Positions 48,618-58,043 of a DNA stretch of 64,000 nucleotides are shown here, in pieces. The number at the start of each line of letters is the position of its first letter. Position 1 is the stretch's first letter. The notes under the pieces are model-generated. The model had not been told where the DNA came from. It worked only from the letters and a program-made list of their open reading frames with translations, and ran no database searches. The DNA is from Candidatus Versatilivorator sp. (GTDB taxonomy: Bacteria > Acidobacteriota > Terriglobia > Versatilivoradales > Versatilivoraceae), in NCBI GenBank assembly GCA_965207735.1, contig OZ242296.1, forward strand, positions 160,001-224,000, written 5' to 3'. The position numbers and the translations under genes are program-made.

Positions 48618-49424
48618 CTAGTGGGTCATCGAGTAAATGATGGTGTTGATGCCAAGCCGGTAGGCGGCCGAAGAGTACTTCTCCGGATAAAAGGGGACAT
48701 CGGCCCACTCCCAGGCATCCCCCAGGTCCGAATTGAAGTTGACCATGACCTTGAGCTGGCCGCTTTCGTCGAAAACACCCCGGAAATGGGGGTTGTAGCC
48801 GTCCTTCTCATAGGTGGTTCCACTGTAGAACATGATGACCCCGGGAATTTGAAAGAGTTCGTCGATGTCGAAGAAGCAGTGGAACAGCGGGTGGGAGGCC
48901 GGGAGATCCTCGATCCTGCCACCGGGGAAGACCTTGTGCATTTGACTCTGGAAGTTGGACCATTCCAGAGTGCCGTGGAAATCGTCCACCACCATGAAAC
49001 CGCCCCGCTTGAAGTACTCCCGAAGAATCTCCGCTTCCTGGTCGGCAAGCTCCAGGTAGCCGACTTCGACGGCGTACAGGAAGGGGTAGTGGAACAACTC
49101 CGGCGAGGTGATGGGAACGTAGAAGTGAGATTCCCGGACATCCAGGTTGGTCAGTCTCCGAATGCCGGCAATAAAGGTGACATCCGCCTTGGGCGCATCG
49201 GTTGCCCAGGCTCCAAAGCGCCATCCCGACCCGCCCCGGAATACCAGGCGGGCGAAGGTGAACTCCTTTTTCGGCAGCTTGGCTTGCTCGTCGAGCCGCT
49301 CGGCGGCCATCTCCCCGCTTGCCTCGGTCCTGTCTCCCTCGGGGCGTTGGGCGGCCTGAGCCAGCATGGCCGCCAGCAGGAGGCCTCCGGCCAGGCCTCG
49401 GGACCAATGGGATGCGTGAGTCAC
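48618..49424 (-). CDS. DUF4159 family exported protein
   Basis: FTFARL, WATDAPKAD, YPFLY, GGFMVVDDFHG, DLGDAWE and LGINTIIYSMTH. GTG 49424 has a GGAG SD. Confidence 0.88.
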   Translation of the reverse strand: MTHASHWSRGLAGGLLLAAMLAQAAQRPEGDRTEASGEMAAERLDEQAKLPKKEFTFARLVFRGGSGWRFGAWATDAPKADVTFIAGIRRLTNLDVRESHFYVPITSPELFHYPFLYAVEVGYLELADQEAEILREYFKRGGFMVVDDFHGTLEWSNFQSQMHKVFPGGRIEDLPASHPLFHCFFDIDELFQIPGVIMFYSGTTYEKDGYNPHFRGVFDESGQLKVMVNFNSDLGDAWEWADVPFYPEKYSSAAYRLGINTIIYSMTH

Positions 49425-49521
49425 GATATTGACTCCGGTTTTCTGGGGCTTGCCGCCATGGGGAGCATCCGTTGAGTATAGGTTGAAAGAGGGGCCAGGA
49501 CAACCGGGGGGATCACTGGAA

Positions 49522-52500
49522 TCACTCGGCCCGCGAGAGCTGCACCGGTCGAAGATCCGGATACGGTGTGGAAACACGGCGGGTATTGTACTGACGAAGG
49601 TAGCGGCGGTGGCTCGGCGTGTCGGGATAACGCTCCGCTTTGCCGTAGGGATATCGGGTCATCCCGTGAAAGGGAAGCGGTGTCACGAATTCGGGGGCAG
49701 CCGAATGGGGATCCATGTCCTTGCCGAACCCGTCGGCATAGAGCAGGAAGGTCCGTTGCCAACCAGAGGGCAGTGGAGGCAGGCTGGCCGCGTCGTAGTC
49801 CAGGTGAATTTCGTCTCCGTTCCTCATGATGACGTAGCGGTCGTCCCGGCTGTGGAGCAACTCGGTCACCGGTCCGAACCGGGTGTAGTTTCCGACATGG
49901 CTCTTCCAGGGGGCCGTGGGGTGGATCCATCCGTAGTCGTAGATCAGCGGCCGTCGGCCGTCGGGGCTGTGCTCCCGTGGGAATCCGCGGAAGCGCAGGT
50001 CGGCCGACTGTGGGGACAGCCGGTGCTGGCGAAGGGTTGGCCGTTCCGGGTGGGTGTTGACCAGGATCCGGTCCCAATAGATTCGCATGCTGGTGACGAT
50101 CCGAACCCGGTAGTCGTCGGTCAGGAACTTGCCGCTCAAATCCACCACCATGGTCTTGGGCAGACCGGCCGGGAAGCCCATTTGAGGGATGACGGTCCGC
50201 CAATCGCCTCGTTGGTCCTTGACCTGCAGGTAGGGAGGCACCAGCTTTGCCTGGGATTGGGAGGCCTGGTAGTTGGCGGTGGAATCGGCATAGTCGATCC
50301 AGGCCGTCATCAGCAGGGACACCCGGGTCTGATCGGAGAGGTCGCCCAGGTCCAGGACCAGGGCGTGCTCTTCCGCATATCCCTTGAAGGGCAGCAGTCG
50401 AAACCGGTCGGGGTATTTTCGGTCCACCCGACTGATCAGCGGCAGGACATCGCGGCCCCGGTGATCCCGGGCTGAGACAGGCGGCCGGGCTCCCCGGGAG
50501 GCATAGATCTTGAATTGGGGATAGGGCGGTCCGGGCATGAGACGTTCGTTGGGGTAGAGGTCCAGCTCCTCGGGGTGATCCAGTACCAGCAGTTCGGTCT
50601 GGTCGATGTAGAGCACCTCCTCCAGCTGGTTGTTGATCCGCAGCGAGTAGCGCCCGTCTCTGGCCTTGAGCTGGGAGGAAGCGATCCTGATGTACTCATC
50701 GGTGTCGGGGGTGTTGTAGTGGCCGGGGTTCAGCAGGTAGCCGATGGCGCAGCCCCCCAGAAAGTCGGTGACGAACTGGTAGCGGTTGCCGTTCCAGGTG
50801 TAGAGCAGCGGGCAGGAGGTGCCCTTGCGATCCAGTTCATGCACCAGGCGGACACGATTGACCGGCAGATCGGTCTCCGACTGCAGCACCCCCCCGGGCC
50901 AGAGCAGCCGCAGGGCATCCACCGAGTTGCGCCGGCCCAGGCCGAAGAGAACTTCCGGGGGACTCTGGGAAAGATAGCCGCTGCCGCCGTTGACCTCGAC
51001 CTTCTGCCAGAGGGTCCCGGACTTGACCTCCACTTTGGTGCCAATGCCCGACTTGTTGCTGTTTGTGCCCTTCAAGCGGATCTTCACCCAGCGATTCCGG
51101 TTCCCCCCCTCGTTGCGGAACAGCAGGGGGCGGCCGCCGTTGACCGTCAACAGGAAATCGGTGTCGCCGTCGTTGTCGTAATCGCCCAGGGTGGCGCCGC
51201 GGAAGGCCCGGTCCCGGAATCGGTCGAGACCGGATTCGGCCGTCACGGGTTGGAAGCTGCCGTCGCCCCGGTTCCGGTACAGCTCGGGACCGGATCCTCT
51301 CGGTGAGCCGCCCGGGGGCCCGCCCCGCACCTCCAGCACGTCCAGGTCTCCGTCGTTGTCATAGTCGAAAGCCTGGCTGGTCCAGCTGCGGGCCTCGGGG
51401 GAGATGTCCGGAAACTTCAGTTCGGCGGCTTGAAACTCCTGCCGTCCCAGGTTTCGGATCCAGGTGAGCGGGCCGCTCGCCGGACCCAGCAGGAAGTCCA
51501 TGCGCCCGTCCTTGTCCAGGTCGGCCGTGGAGATGCTGTGGGCCGGGAGCGAGGCCAGGCGATTCAAGCGCTTTCCCAGGTCCAGGAAGGTGCCCACCCT
51601 CTGGTTGCTGAAGAGCCGGTTGGGTCCTCCCAAGGCGACGGTCCAGAAATCGACGTCGCGCCGGTTGTCGAAGTCGGTGAAGACCACCGATATCAGATTG
51701 TCCCCCGGGGCAAGCACCTGGGCCGTCTCGGCCAGGTCGGTGAACACCCCCTTGCCGTCGTTGCGGAACAGGTGAGCTCCTCCTCCCATGACGGTGTCCG
51801 GGAGAGCCCGGGATGCTCCACTGGCCGGAGGGCCGGCATCCTGTAGTCGACCGACGTAGATATCCAGGTCTCCGTCATGATCGTAATCGGCCAGAGCCGC
51901 GGCCAGATGCCAGTAATCGCCCCCGGCCACGCCCGCGGCTGCCGTCACGTCGACGAAGGTCCCGTCCCCGAGATTGCGATAGAGCCGGTTGGCTCCGTAG
52001 TTGGTCAAGAACAGGTCGGGGTGGCCGTCGTTGTCCAGATCGCCCCAGTAGGCGCCCATGCCGCAGTCCCGATGGTCGATGCCGACCTGCCGGCTCACTT
52101 CCTCGAAACGACCCAACCCGTCGTTGCGGTAGAGCAAGCCGCCCGATCGAGCCGCGTCCGGGCCGCAGCGGGCCAGGTAGAGGTCCAGGTCTCCGTCCGA
52201 GTCGTAGTCGCCGAAGGCGGCTCCCGAACCCATCCGGGAGGCTCGCTGGCGGACCGGGTCGGCCGGACTGCCTTCCTTCGCGAGGATTGACCCGGATCCT
52301 CGGCCCTGTTCGCCGGAGTCCTGCGGAAGGGTCAGGCCGGCTTGCCGGCCCACCTCGGAGAATCGGACGGGCGTTGCCTCGGCGGCGGGGGGCGGATCCG
52401 GGAGCAGGTCCTTGATTTCGGGGTACTCGCCGGTGGCCAGCATGTACTTGCCCTGCTCTCCGTATTGAGTGCCGGTGGAACTCATGCCGCCGCTTTCCCG

Positions 52501-53160
52501 CAGCCTCAGGAACTGTTGCATCACCTGGCTCCCGTCGGCTCGATTTCCCCCCCGCAGCAGGCTCATGGCCAGGCTGTAATGGGCGGCGGTGTCGTAGGGG
52601 GAAAGTTGAACCACCTGCCTCAGCACCTTCTCCGCCTGGTCGTAATCCTCTCTCTTGAGGTGTATCTGGCCGACCTGGTAGAGGGTGGGAGGGTCCTGAG
52701 GGTCTAGCAGCAGTATTTTCCGAAAGGACTCCAGGGCAAGCTCCAACCGGTCCTGGTTCTTGAGGATGAGGCCCATGGCGAACCGGGCGGTGGGTTGCCG
52801 GTCGTTCAGGCTCAAGGCCTGCTTCAAGAGTTTTTCTGATTCGTCCAATTGCTGGAGGTAGAAGTGAGCCAGCCCGCTGTTGACGATGGCGGGCAGGAAG
52901 TCCGGGCGGATGGCCAGGCAGCGGGCAAATTCCTTCAGGGCCTCTTCGTGGTTGAACTGCTCCAGCAGGGCGATTCCGATGTTGTTGTGGTAGATCAGGC
53001 GAGCTTCAGCCGATCGGCTATCGGCGGCCGGCTCCTCGACCGCGGCCCGGAGGGAGCCGGGCTGCCCCAGGGGTTGGCAGGCAGTCGGCCCCAAGGCCAG
53101 CACCAGCAGCAGGATCAGGTCGATGCGCCGGTGCGGCGCAAATCGTTGCAGTTGGGTCAT
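49522..53160 (-). CDS. TPR + FG-GAP (CRTAC1-like) + ASPIC/UnbV protein with C-terminal extension, probable lipoprotein
   Basis: LGPTAC lipobox-like motif, about 5 TPRs, repeated DxDxDGxxD, GGSGYLSQ..FGLG..WPGG, then SCPLLYTWNG, GFPAG and DGFGKD. Confidence 0.9.
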   Translation of the reverse strand: MTQLQRFAPHRRIDLILLLVLALGPTACQPLGQPGSLRAAVEEPAADSRSAEARLIYHNNIGIALLEQFNHEEALKEFARCLAIRPDFLPAIVNSGLAHFYLQQLDESEKLLKQALSLNDRQPTARFAMGLILKNQDRLELALESFRKILLLDPQDPPTLYQVGQIHLKREDYDQAEKVLRQVVQLSPYDTAAHYSLAMSLLRGGNRADGSQVMQQFLRLRESGGMSSTGTQYGEQGKYMLATGEYPEIKDLLPDPPPAAEATPVRFSEVGRQAGLTLPQDSGEQGRGSGSILAKEGSPADPVRQRASRMGSGAAFGDYDSDGDLDLYLARCGPDAARSGGLLYRNDGLGRFEEVSRQVGIDHRDCGMGAYWGDLDNDGHPDLFLTNYGANRLYRNLGDGTFVDVTAAAGVAGGDYWHLAAALADYDHDGDLDIYVGRLQDAGPPASGASRALPDTVMGGGAHLFRNDGKGVFTDLAETAQVLAPGDNLISVVFTDFDNRRDVDFWTVALGGPNRLFSNQRVGTFLDLGKRLNRLASLPAHSISTADLDKDGRMDFLLGPASGPLTWIRNLGRQEFQAAELKFPDISPEARSWTSQAFDYDNDGDLDVLEVRGGPPGGSPRGSGPELYRNRGDGSFQPVTAESGLDRFRDRAFRGATLGDYDNDGDTDFLLTVNGGRPLLFRNEGGNRNRWVKIRLKGTNSNKSGIGTKVEVKSGTLWQKVEVNGGSGYLSQSPPEVLFGLGRRNSVDALRLLWPGGVLQSETDLPVNRVRLVHELDRKGTSCPLLYTWNGNRYQFVTDFLGGCAIGYLLNPGHYNTPDTDEYIRIASSQLKARDGRYSLRINNQLEEVLYIDQTELLVLDHPEELDLYPNERLMPGPPYPQFKIYASRGARPPVSARDHRGRDVLPLISRVDRKYPDRFRLLPFKGYAEEHALVLDLGDLSDQTRVSLLMTAWIDYADSTANYQASQSQAKLVPPYLQVKDQRGDWRTVIPQMGFPAGLPKTMVVDLSGKFLTDDYRVRIVTSMRIYWDRILVNTHPERPTLRQHRLSPQSADLRFRGFPREHSPDGRRPLIYDYGWIHPTAPWKSHVGNYTRFGPVTELLHSRDDRYVIMRNGDEIHLDYDAASLPPLPSGWQRTFLLYADGFGKDMDPHSAAPEFVTPLPFHGMTRYPYGKAERYPDTPSHRRYLRQYNTRRVSTPYPDLRPVQLSRAE

Positions 53161-53172
53161 ACCGAATGCTCC

Positions 53173-54927
53173 CTATTTTTTAACCAGCCCTTTCCCCTCC
53201 CGAATCACGATCCGCTGATCGGCGGCGAGATTGGACAGTTTGTCCACCGACCCGCTGGGCCATAGGACTTCGAGAGTCAGGACCCTGTCCGACTTGCCCA
53301 GCCCGAAGGTCACCGGCAGTTCGCTTTGGGAACAGTAACTGCTGCCGCTCTTGACCCGCCGCCACAATCGGCCCCCGGCATGCCGGACGGTCACCTTGGC
53401 CCCAATGCCGTCCCGGTTGCTGGTGGTTCCCACCGTCTTGACCCGCAAGTAGCGGTTGGGGTTGTTCTTGTCCCGCTCGTTTTCCCAGAGCACGGCCGGG
53501 CCGCCATTGGTGGTCATCAGCAGGTCCAGGTCCCCGTCGTTGTCATAATCCCCGTAGGCGCCGCCGCGCCCCACCCTGGGCTGCCGGAAGTCGGACCCCA
53601 CGCGATGGGCGACCTCGACGAATCCCTTGCCCTGGTTGTGGAACAGGTGGGGCGGCTGCCTGTAGGTCACCCGGCGCTGGACCTTGTTGATGTCGTTCTC
53701 CACGTGGCCGTTGGCGACGAAAATGTCCAGCTTGCCGTCCAGGTCGAAGTCGAAGAAGAAACAGGCAAAGGCCAGCGTCAGCAGGCTCGACTGGCCCACC
53801 TCCGAGGTGGGGGCTTCGTCCAGGAAAAGACCCTGGCCCTCGTTGTGGTAGAGGTTCAGCATCTCGTTGGAAAAGTTTCCGATCACCAGGCTGGCCAACC
53901 CCGACCCGTCGTAGTCTGCCGCGTCCACCCCCATGGCTCCCCGAACGGTTCCGTCCTCGCTGAAGGCCACCCCGGCCGGGATTCCCTCGTCGCTGAAGGT
54001 GCCGTCCTTCCGGTTGATGTAGAGCTTGTTGGGTTGGGTGTCGTTGGCCAGCAACAGGTCGGGCCAGCCGTCGTCCTGGGCGTCGAAGACGGCCACCCCC
54101 AAAGCCTTGCTGTTCGGATCCAGCAGTCCGGCCTTGCGGGTGACGTCGGCAAAGGTTCCGTTTCCCCGGTTCCGGTAGAGCCGGGAGGAGACACCGGGAT
54201 AGGACTCGGGGGTGCAGTAGGACTTGTTGACGCCGTCCAGGCTGCAGCGAATGTCGGTCTTTATCGACCACTTCACGTAGTTGGTGACGATCAGGTCCAG
54301 GTTGCCGTCCCGGTCGTAGTCCAACCAGGCTACGCTGGTGGCGAATTCGGGATTTCCCAGGCCGGCCTTGTCGGTGACATCCCGGAAGGTGCCGTCTCCC
54401 TGATTGCGAAAGAGCCGATCCGGCCCCAGGGCGCTCACGTAGAGGTCCACCCAGCCGTCGTTGTCGTAGTCGCCGGCGGCGCATCCCAGTCCGTAAATCT
54501 CGAGGGCCAGCCGGGCCTCCCGGGTCACGTCGCTAAAGGCCTCCCGAGTCACGTCGCTAAAGGTCCCGTCCCGGTTGTTGCGGTAGAGGGCCATGGTGGA
54601 ACGGCGGCCTTTGCGCCCGGGCCAGTTCTTGCCGTTTATCAGGAGAATGTCCTGCCAGTCGTCATTGTCGTAGTCCAGGAAGGCGGCTCCCGAGCCCATG
54701 GTCTCGGGGAGATACTTTTTCCCGAAAGCGCCGTTGTTGTGCTGAAAGGTCAGGCCGGCCTCGCGGGTGACGTTTCGGAACTGCACCGGGAAGGACTCGG
54801 AGTCATCGCCGGCCTGAAGCCCTCCTTGCCGGCATAGCAGGGTTAGCACCAGCAGGGACAGAACGAGAAGCGCGGGGCGTCTTGGCCCGCCGCCGTGAGC
54901 GTTACTATATGGCATTGAAGGGATCAT
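53173..54927 (-). CDS. CRTAC1 family FG-GAP + ASPIC/UnbV protein
   Basis: ETMGSGAAFLDYDND, repeated DYDNDG, YCTPESY and SGSSYCSQ..FGLG..WPSG. Confidence 0.92.
   Translation of the reverse strand: MIPSMPYSNAHGGGPRRPALLVLSLLVLTLLCRQGGLQAGDDSESFPVQFRNVTREAGLTFQHNNGAFGKKYLPETMGSGAAFLDYDNDDWQDILLINGKNWPGRKGRRSTMALYRNNRDGTFSDVTREAFSDVTREARLALEIYGLGCAAGDYDNDGWVDLYVSALGPDRLFRNQGDGTFRDVTDKAGLGNPEFATSVAWLDYDRDGNLDLIVTNYVKWSIKTDIRCSLDGVNKSYCTPESYPGVSSRLYRNRGNGTFADVTRKAGLLDPNSKALGVAVFDAQDDGWPDLLLANDTQPNKLYINRKDGTFSDEGIPAGVAFSEDGTVRGAMGVDAADYDGSGLASLVIGNFSNEMLNLYHNEGQGLFLDEAPTSEVGQSSLLTLAFACFFFDFDLDGKLDIFVANGHVENDINKVQRRVTYRQPPHLFHNQGKGFVEVAHRVGSDFRQPRVGRGGAYGDYDNDGDLDLLMTTNGGPAVLWENERDKNNPNRYLRVKTVGTTSNRDGIGAKVTVRHAGGRLWRRVKSGSSYCSQSELPVTFGLGKSDRVLTLEVLWPSGSVDKLSNLAADQRIVIREGKGLVKK
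54514..54561. repeat. In-frame 24-nt tandem duplication (FSDVTREA x2)
   Basis: GGCCTCCCGGGTCACGTCGCTAAA followed by GGCCTCCCGAGTCACGTCGCTAAA, one synonymous difference. Confidence 0.9.
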
Positions 54928-57791
54928 GAATCGGCGTCGGTCGCTCGGTCGGCAATCCGGCTGGCGGAGTAGTTCTTGCCGGAGGTCAGCCCCGGTTCCA
55001 GCGGAGCGGACCCGTGCTCATGGATGGGCTGACGTTCGTTGTTGGCCTCGGGATGGCGCCGCCTCACCGGTCCGGTGATGAACTGCGAGGAGTCATCGGC
55101 CTTGAATCTCAGGTAGAGCTGCTGCTCCCGTTCGGCCAGCTCCTTCTGGCCCAATCCCCGATAGCAGAGCATCAGATTGTAGTGGGCCTGAAGGTCTTCC
55201 GGATCCACGGCCAGGACCTTCTGAAATTCCTTGACCGCCTCGGCATACTGCCGCTTGAGGAAGAGAATGCGTCCGGCCTGGTTTCTGACCACTCGATCCC
55301 GGGGATACTGAGCCAGGGCGCGGCGAAAATGGAGCAGGGCCTGGTCGTATTTCCCCTGGGTCTTCAAGGTCAAGCCGTAGAAATAGTGACTCTTGGCCAA
55401 GTCCGGGTCTACCTCCAGCGCCTTTCGCAGCACCTCCTGAGCCCCTTCGGTGTTGCCTTCCCGCACCCGCGCCCGAGCCACATTCACCCAGCCGTCGGCA
55501 AAGTCCGGGTCGAGCCGGGTGACGGTCAGAAAGGCCTGCTCGGCGGCCTTGAGGTCTCCCTGCAGCAGAAGGCCGATCCCGTAGTCATTCCAGCGGATCA
55601 GGTCGGCCCTGTCCATGGTGGAATCCAGTTCCGGCGGGTCGGCTTCCCGGCCCAGGACCCTCAGCTCGGTGCGGTCCTCGGCCATGACAACGATGGGCAA
55701 CCTGGGGATCTCCTTGAGCTTGCCCGAGACCCGGGACAAGTCGCCCTGAAAGATCCAGCGTCCGTCGTCGTAGCCCTTGTCCAGCCCGAAATCCAGGTGG
55801 GTCGGGTCCCGGATTCCGGCGTAGGCCCACTGGGTATTCCACCAACTGAACTTGCGGTAGTTCACCTTGGCCGTGAGAGTGATCCTGTCGCCGCTGCTCT
55901 CGGGCACCTCGAGGCGGAACCGCACCGTGTCGGCGGCGCCGGGGGGGATCAGGCGGACATACAGGGTGGATCGGGCCGCCCAGGCGTTCCGCTTGTTGAT
56001 GAGGTTGCCGTGCTCATCCAGCAGATAGGCCCGGTACATGTGGGCGCTCTCCTCGACCGGACCCTCGCCGTTGTCCTCCACCCGGCCGCTCCAGAAGATT
56101 ACCTGCCCCCGGTCGTCAACGGCCTGAAGCTCCACCCAGACGTCGAAGGCATCCACGGTTCCGCCGGGGAAGAAATGGCCGACGTTGAGCGTCCTCACCA
56201 CCACGTCCACCCGCACCGAGTCCCCGCGCCGCACGGTGGCTCCAATCTTGTCCAGGGGGGCCACCACCTTGAGTGGAGGGGTGGTGACCATGCCCCGGGC
56301 GCCAAAGGATTCCGACTCCTCCCCCACCGCAAATGTGCTGGAGAGTTGCAGGCTGGCTCCGGTTCGCCCGGAAGTTTCGGCCGCCTTCACCGGATCCCCC
56401 AAGGCCATGGCAAAGATGTCGATGCCGACCTGTTTGTCCTGCAGAAAGTCGATGGTGGTGCGTAGCTGCTCCTGGTCCTGGTTGGCCAGGGGCACGGCCG
56501 TATTGGCTCCGGGGAATCGGTGGGAGTGGACCTTGCCGTCGATGTTCCCCAGGTCGTCGGAATCCACCAGGGGCATGTGGCAGTCCACGCACTTGCGGGG
56601 TTGGGGCGGGTAGTAGAAAGACCGGGCTCCCTGCCCGGAAACGCCGCTGGCCTGCCAGTTGTCGTAGTCGTTGAATCCTCGCAGCCAGCGGTAGTGGTTC
56701 ACCGGAAAATCCAGATGGACCTTGTGGCAGCTCGAGCAGAATTCCGCGGTGTCCTTTCGATGGAAGGGCTTCATGAAGACTTTCTTGTGAGGGCCGGGAT
56801 CGGCCATGGTCAGAAAGTCGTGGAACCACTGCAGCAAGGGGTTGTCGCTGGTGGCCATGTCATGCAGGGGGGGATACTCGATGACCAGATCCCCGTTTCC
56901 CATGCTGCTGTTGATCCGTACGATGGAGTGGCAGGAGGTGCAGGCCAATCCCGCCTGCGCTTCCGGGGTGTCGATCTGTTCCCGGATGGGGGTGTCGAAT
57001 CGCCCGTTGAAGAAAACGGCATGGTCGTGGCAGCCGGCGCACCACTTGGAAGGCTCGGTGCCGACCACGTCCTGCATGTATTCGATGGACTTGCGGTACC
57101 ACTGATTGTTGAAGGAGGAGAAGTGGTGCATGGAGGAGTACCACTGCTCGTAGATGTCGGGATGGCACCGCTGGCAGGTGTGGGAGGTCATGAAGAAATC
57201 GGAGGGAATCAGGTCGCCGCTGGTGGTGGTGGACGAGGAGGGAAAAAAGGGACTCTGGGGGCCGTCTCCTTCTTCCTCCATGGAGAGCGGCGTGCGGGTC
57301 GGGTTTCGGACCCGGTCGGCTTCCTCCGGAAAGTAGTGCTGATAGCCGCCCAGGCCTGCCGGAACCAACACCAGCAGCGCCGCGGCCAGGCGATAGCGCC
57401 TGCGCGCCGTTCCCAGAGGATCCAGCCGGTATTTGTCTCTCCAATAGGCCCGAACGGCAAGACCTGCCAGAACAAAGGACACCAGGGCCAGGCCGATGTG
57501 GGTGTGGAGGATCCAGCGATGGGGTTGGGTGTTGCCCACGACCAGGAGCGCCAGGGCCGGTATCGAGCTGGCCAGAAAGCAGAGCAGAGCCCAGCGGGCC
57601 ACCGGGATCATTCTTCTGAAGCGGGTCAGCAGGTACCCCAGAGCGATTGCGGTCAGGACCAGGCCCAGTCCCAGGTGCAAAGTCAGGTTGGAAATGTAGA
57701 AGAGGTTGGGCTCGGCGTGGGGCCACAGGTAAGCCCCGTTGACTGCCAGCAGAAGGAAGGCGTTGAAGCAGATCAGTGCAAACCTGTTCAC
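54924..57791 (-). CDS. Membrane-anchored pentaheme c-type cytochrome (c554/c552-like) with C-terminal TPRs
   Basis: About 5 N-terminal TMs. CxxCH motifs CQRCH, CAGCH, CTSCH, CSSCH and CVDCH. HSHRFPG, GHFFPGG and TPRs. ATGA overlap with the CRTAC1 gene. GTG 57791 chosen as start. Confidence 0.88.
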   Translation of the reverse strand: MNRFALICFNAFLLLAVNGAYLWPHAEPNLFYISNLTLHLGLGLVLTAIALGYLLTRFRRMIPVARWALLCFLASSIPALALLVVGNTQPHRWILHTHIGLALVSFVLAGLAVRAYWRDKYRLDPLGTARRRYRLAAALLVLVPAGLGGYQHYFPEEADRVRNPTRTPLSMEEEGDGPQSPFFPSSSTTTSGDLIPSDFFMTSHTCQRCHPDIYEQWYSSMHHFSSFNNQWYRKSIEYMQDVVGTEPSKWCAGCHDHAVFFNGRFDTPIREQIDTPEAQAGLACTSCHSIVRINSSMGNGDLVIEYPPLHDMATSDNPLLQWFHDFLTMADPGPHKKVFMKPFHRKDTAEFCSSCHKVHLDFPVNHYRWLRGFNDYDNWQASGVSGQGARSFYYPPQPRKCVDCHMPLVDSDDLGNIDGKVHSHRFPGANTAVPLANQDQEQLRTTIDFLQDKQVGIDIFAMALGDPVKAAETSGRTGASLQLSSTFAVGEESESFGARGMVTTPPLKVVAPLDKIGATVRRGDSVRVDVVVRTLNVGHFFPGGTVDAFDVWVELQAVDDRGQVIFWSGRVEDNGEGPVEESAHMYRAYLLDEHGNLINKRNAWAARSTLYVRLIPPGAADTVRFRLEVPESSGDRITLTAKVNYRKFSWWNTQWAYAGIRDPTHLDFGLDKGYDDGRWIFQGDLSRVSGKLKEIPRLPIVVMAEDRTELRVLGREADPPELDSTMDRADLIRWNDYGIGLLLQGDLKAAEQAFLTVTRLDPDFADGWVNVARARVREGNTEGAQEVLRKALEVDPDLAKSHYFYGLTLKTQGKYDQALLHFRRALAQYPRDRVVRNQAGRILFLKRQYAEAVKEFQKVLAVDPEDLQAHYNLMLCYRGLGQKELAEREQQLYLRFKADDSSQFITGPVRRRHPEANNERQPIHEHGSAPLEPGLTSGKNYSASRIADRATDADS

Positions 57792-58043
57792 CGGACCACC
57801 CGTTTCCTCATGAGGCCTCCAAGGCATCAGTGTAGCAGGGGAGTAGGGTTGCGGCAAATGACGCCCGGATTGCCGCACCGCGGGCAAGCACTATGATTTG
57901 GGATCGGCCGTGACCGCCGGTCTCCGTAGGAATCCGCCTTGTCCTTGCCGACTTTCAATCCTCGGATGCGGGGACGGCAACGGGGAAGAGATTTTCTTGC
58001 GATACCGAATGGTTCGCGAGGAGGATTTGGATAAGGGAAGACG

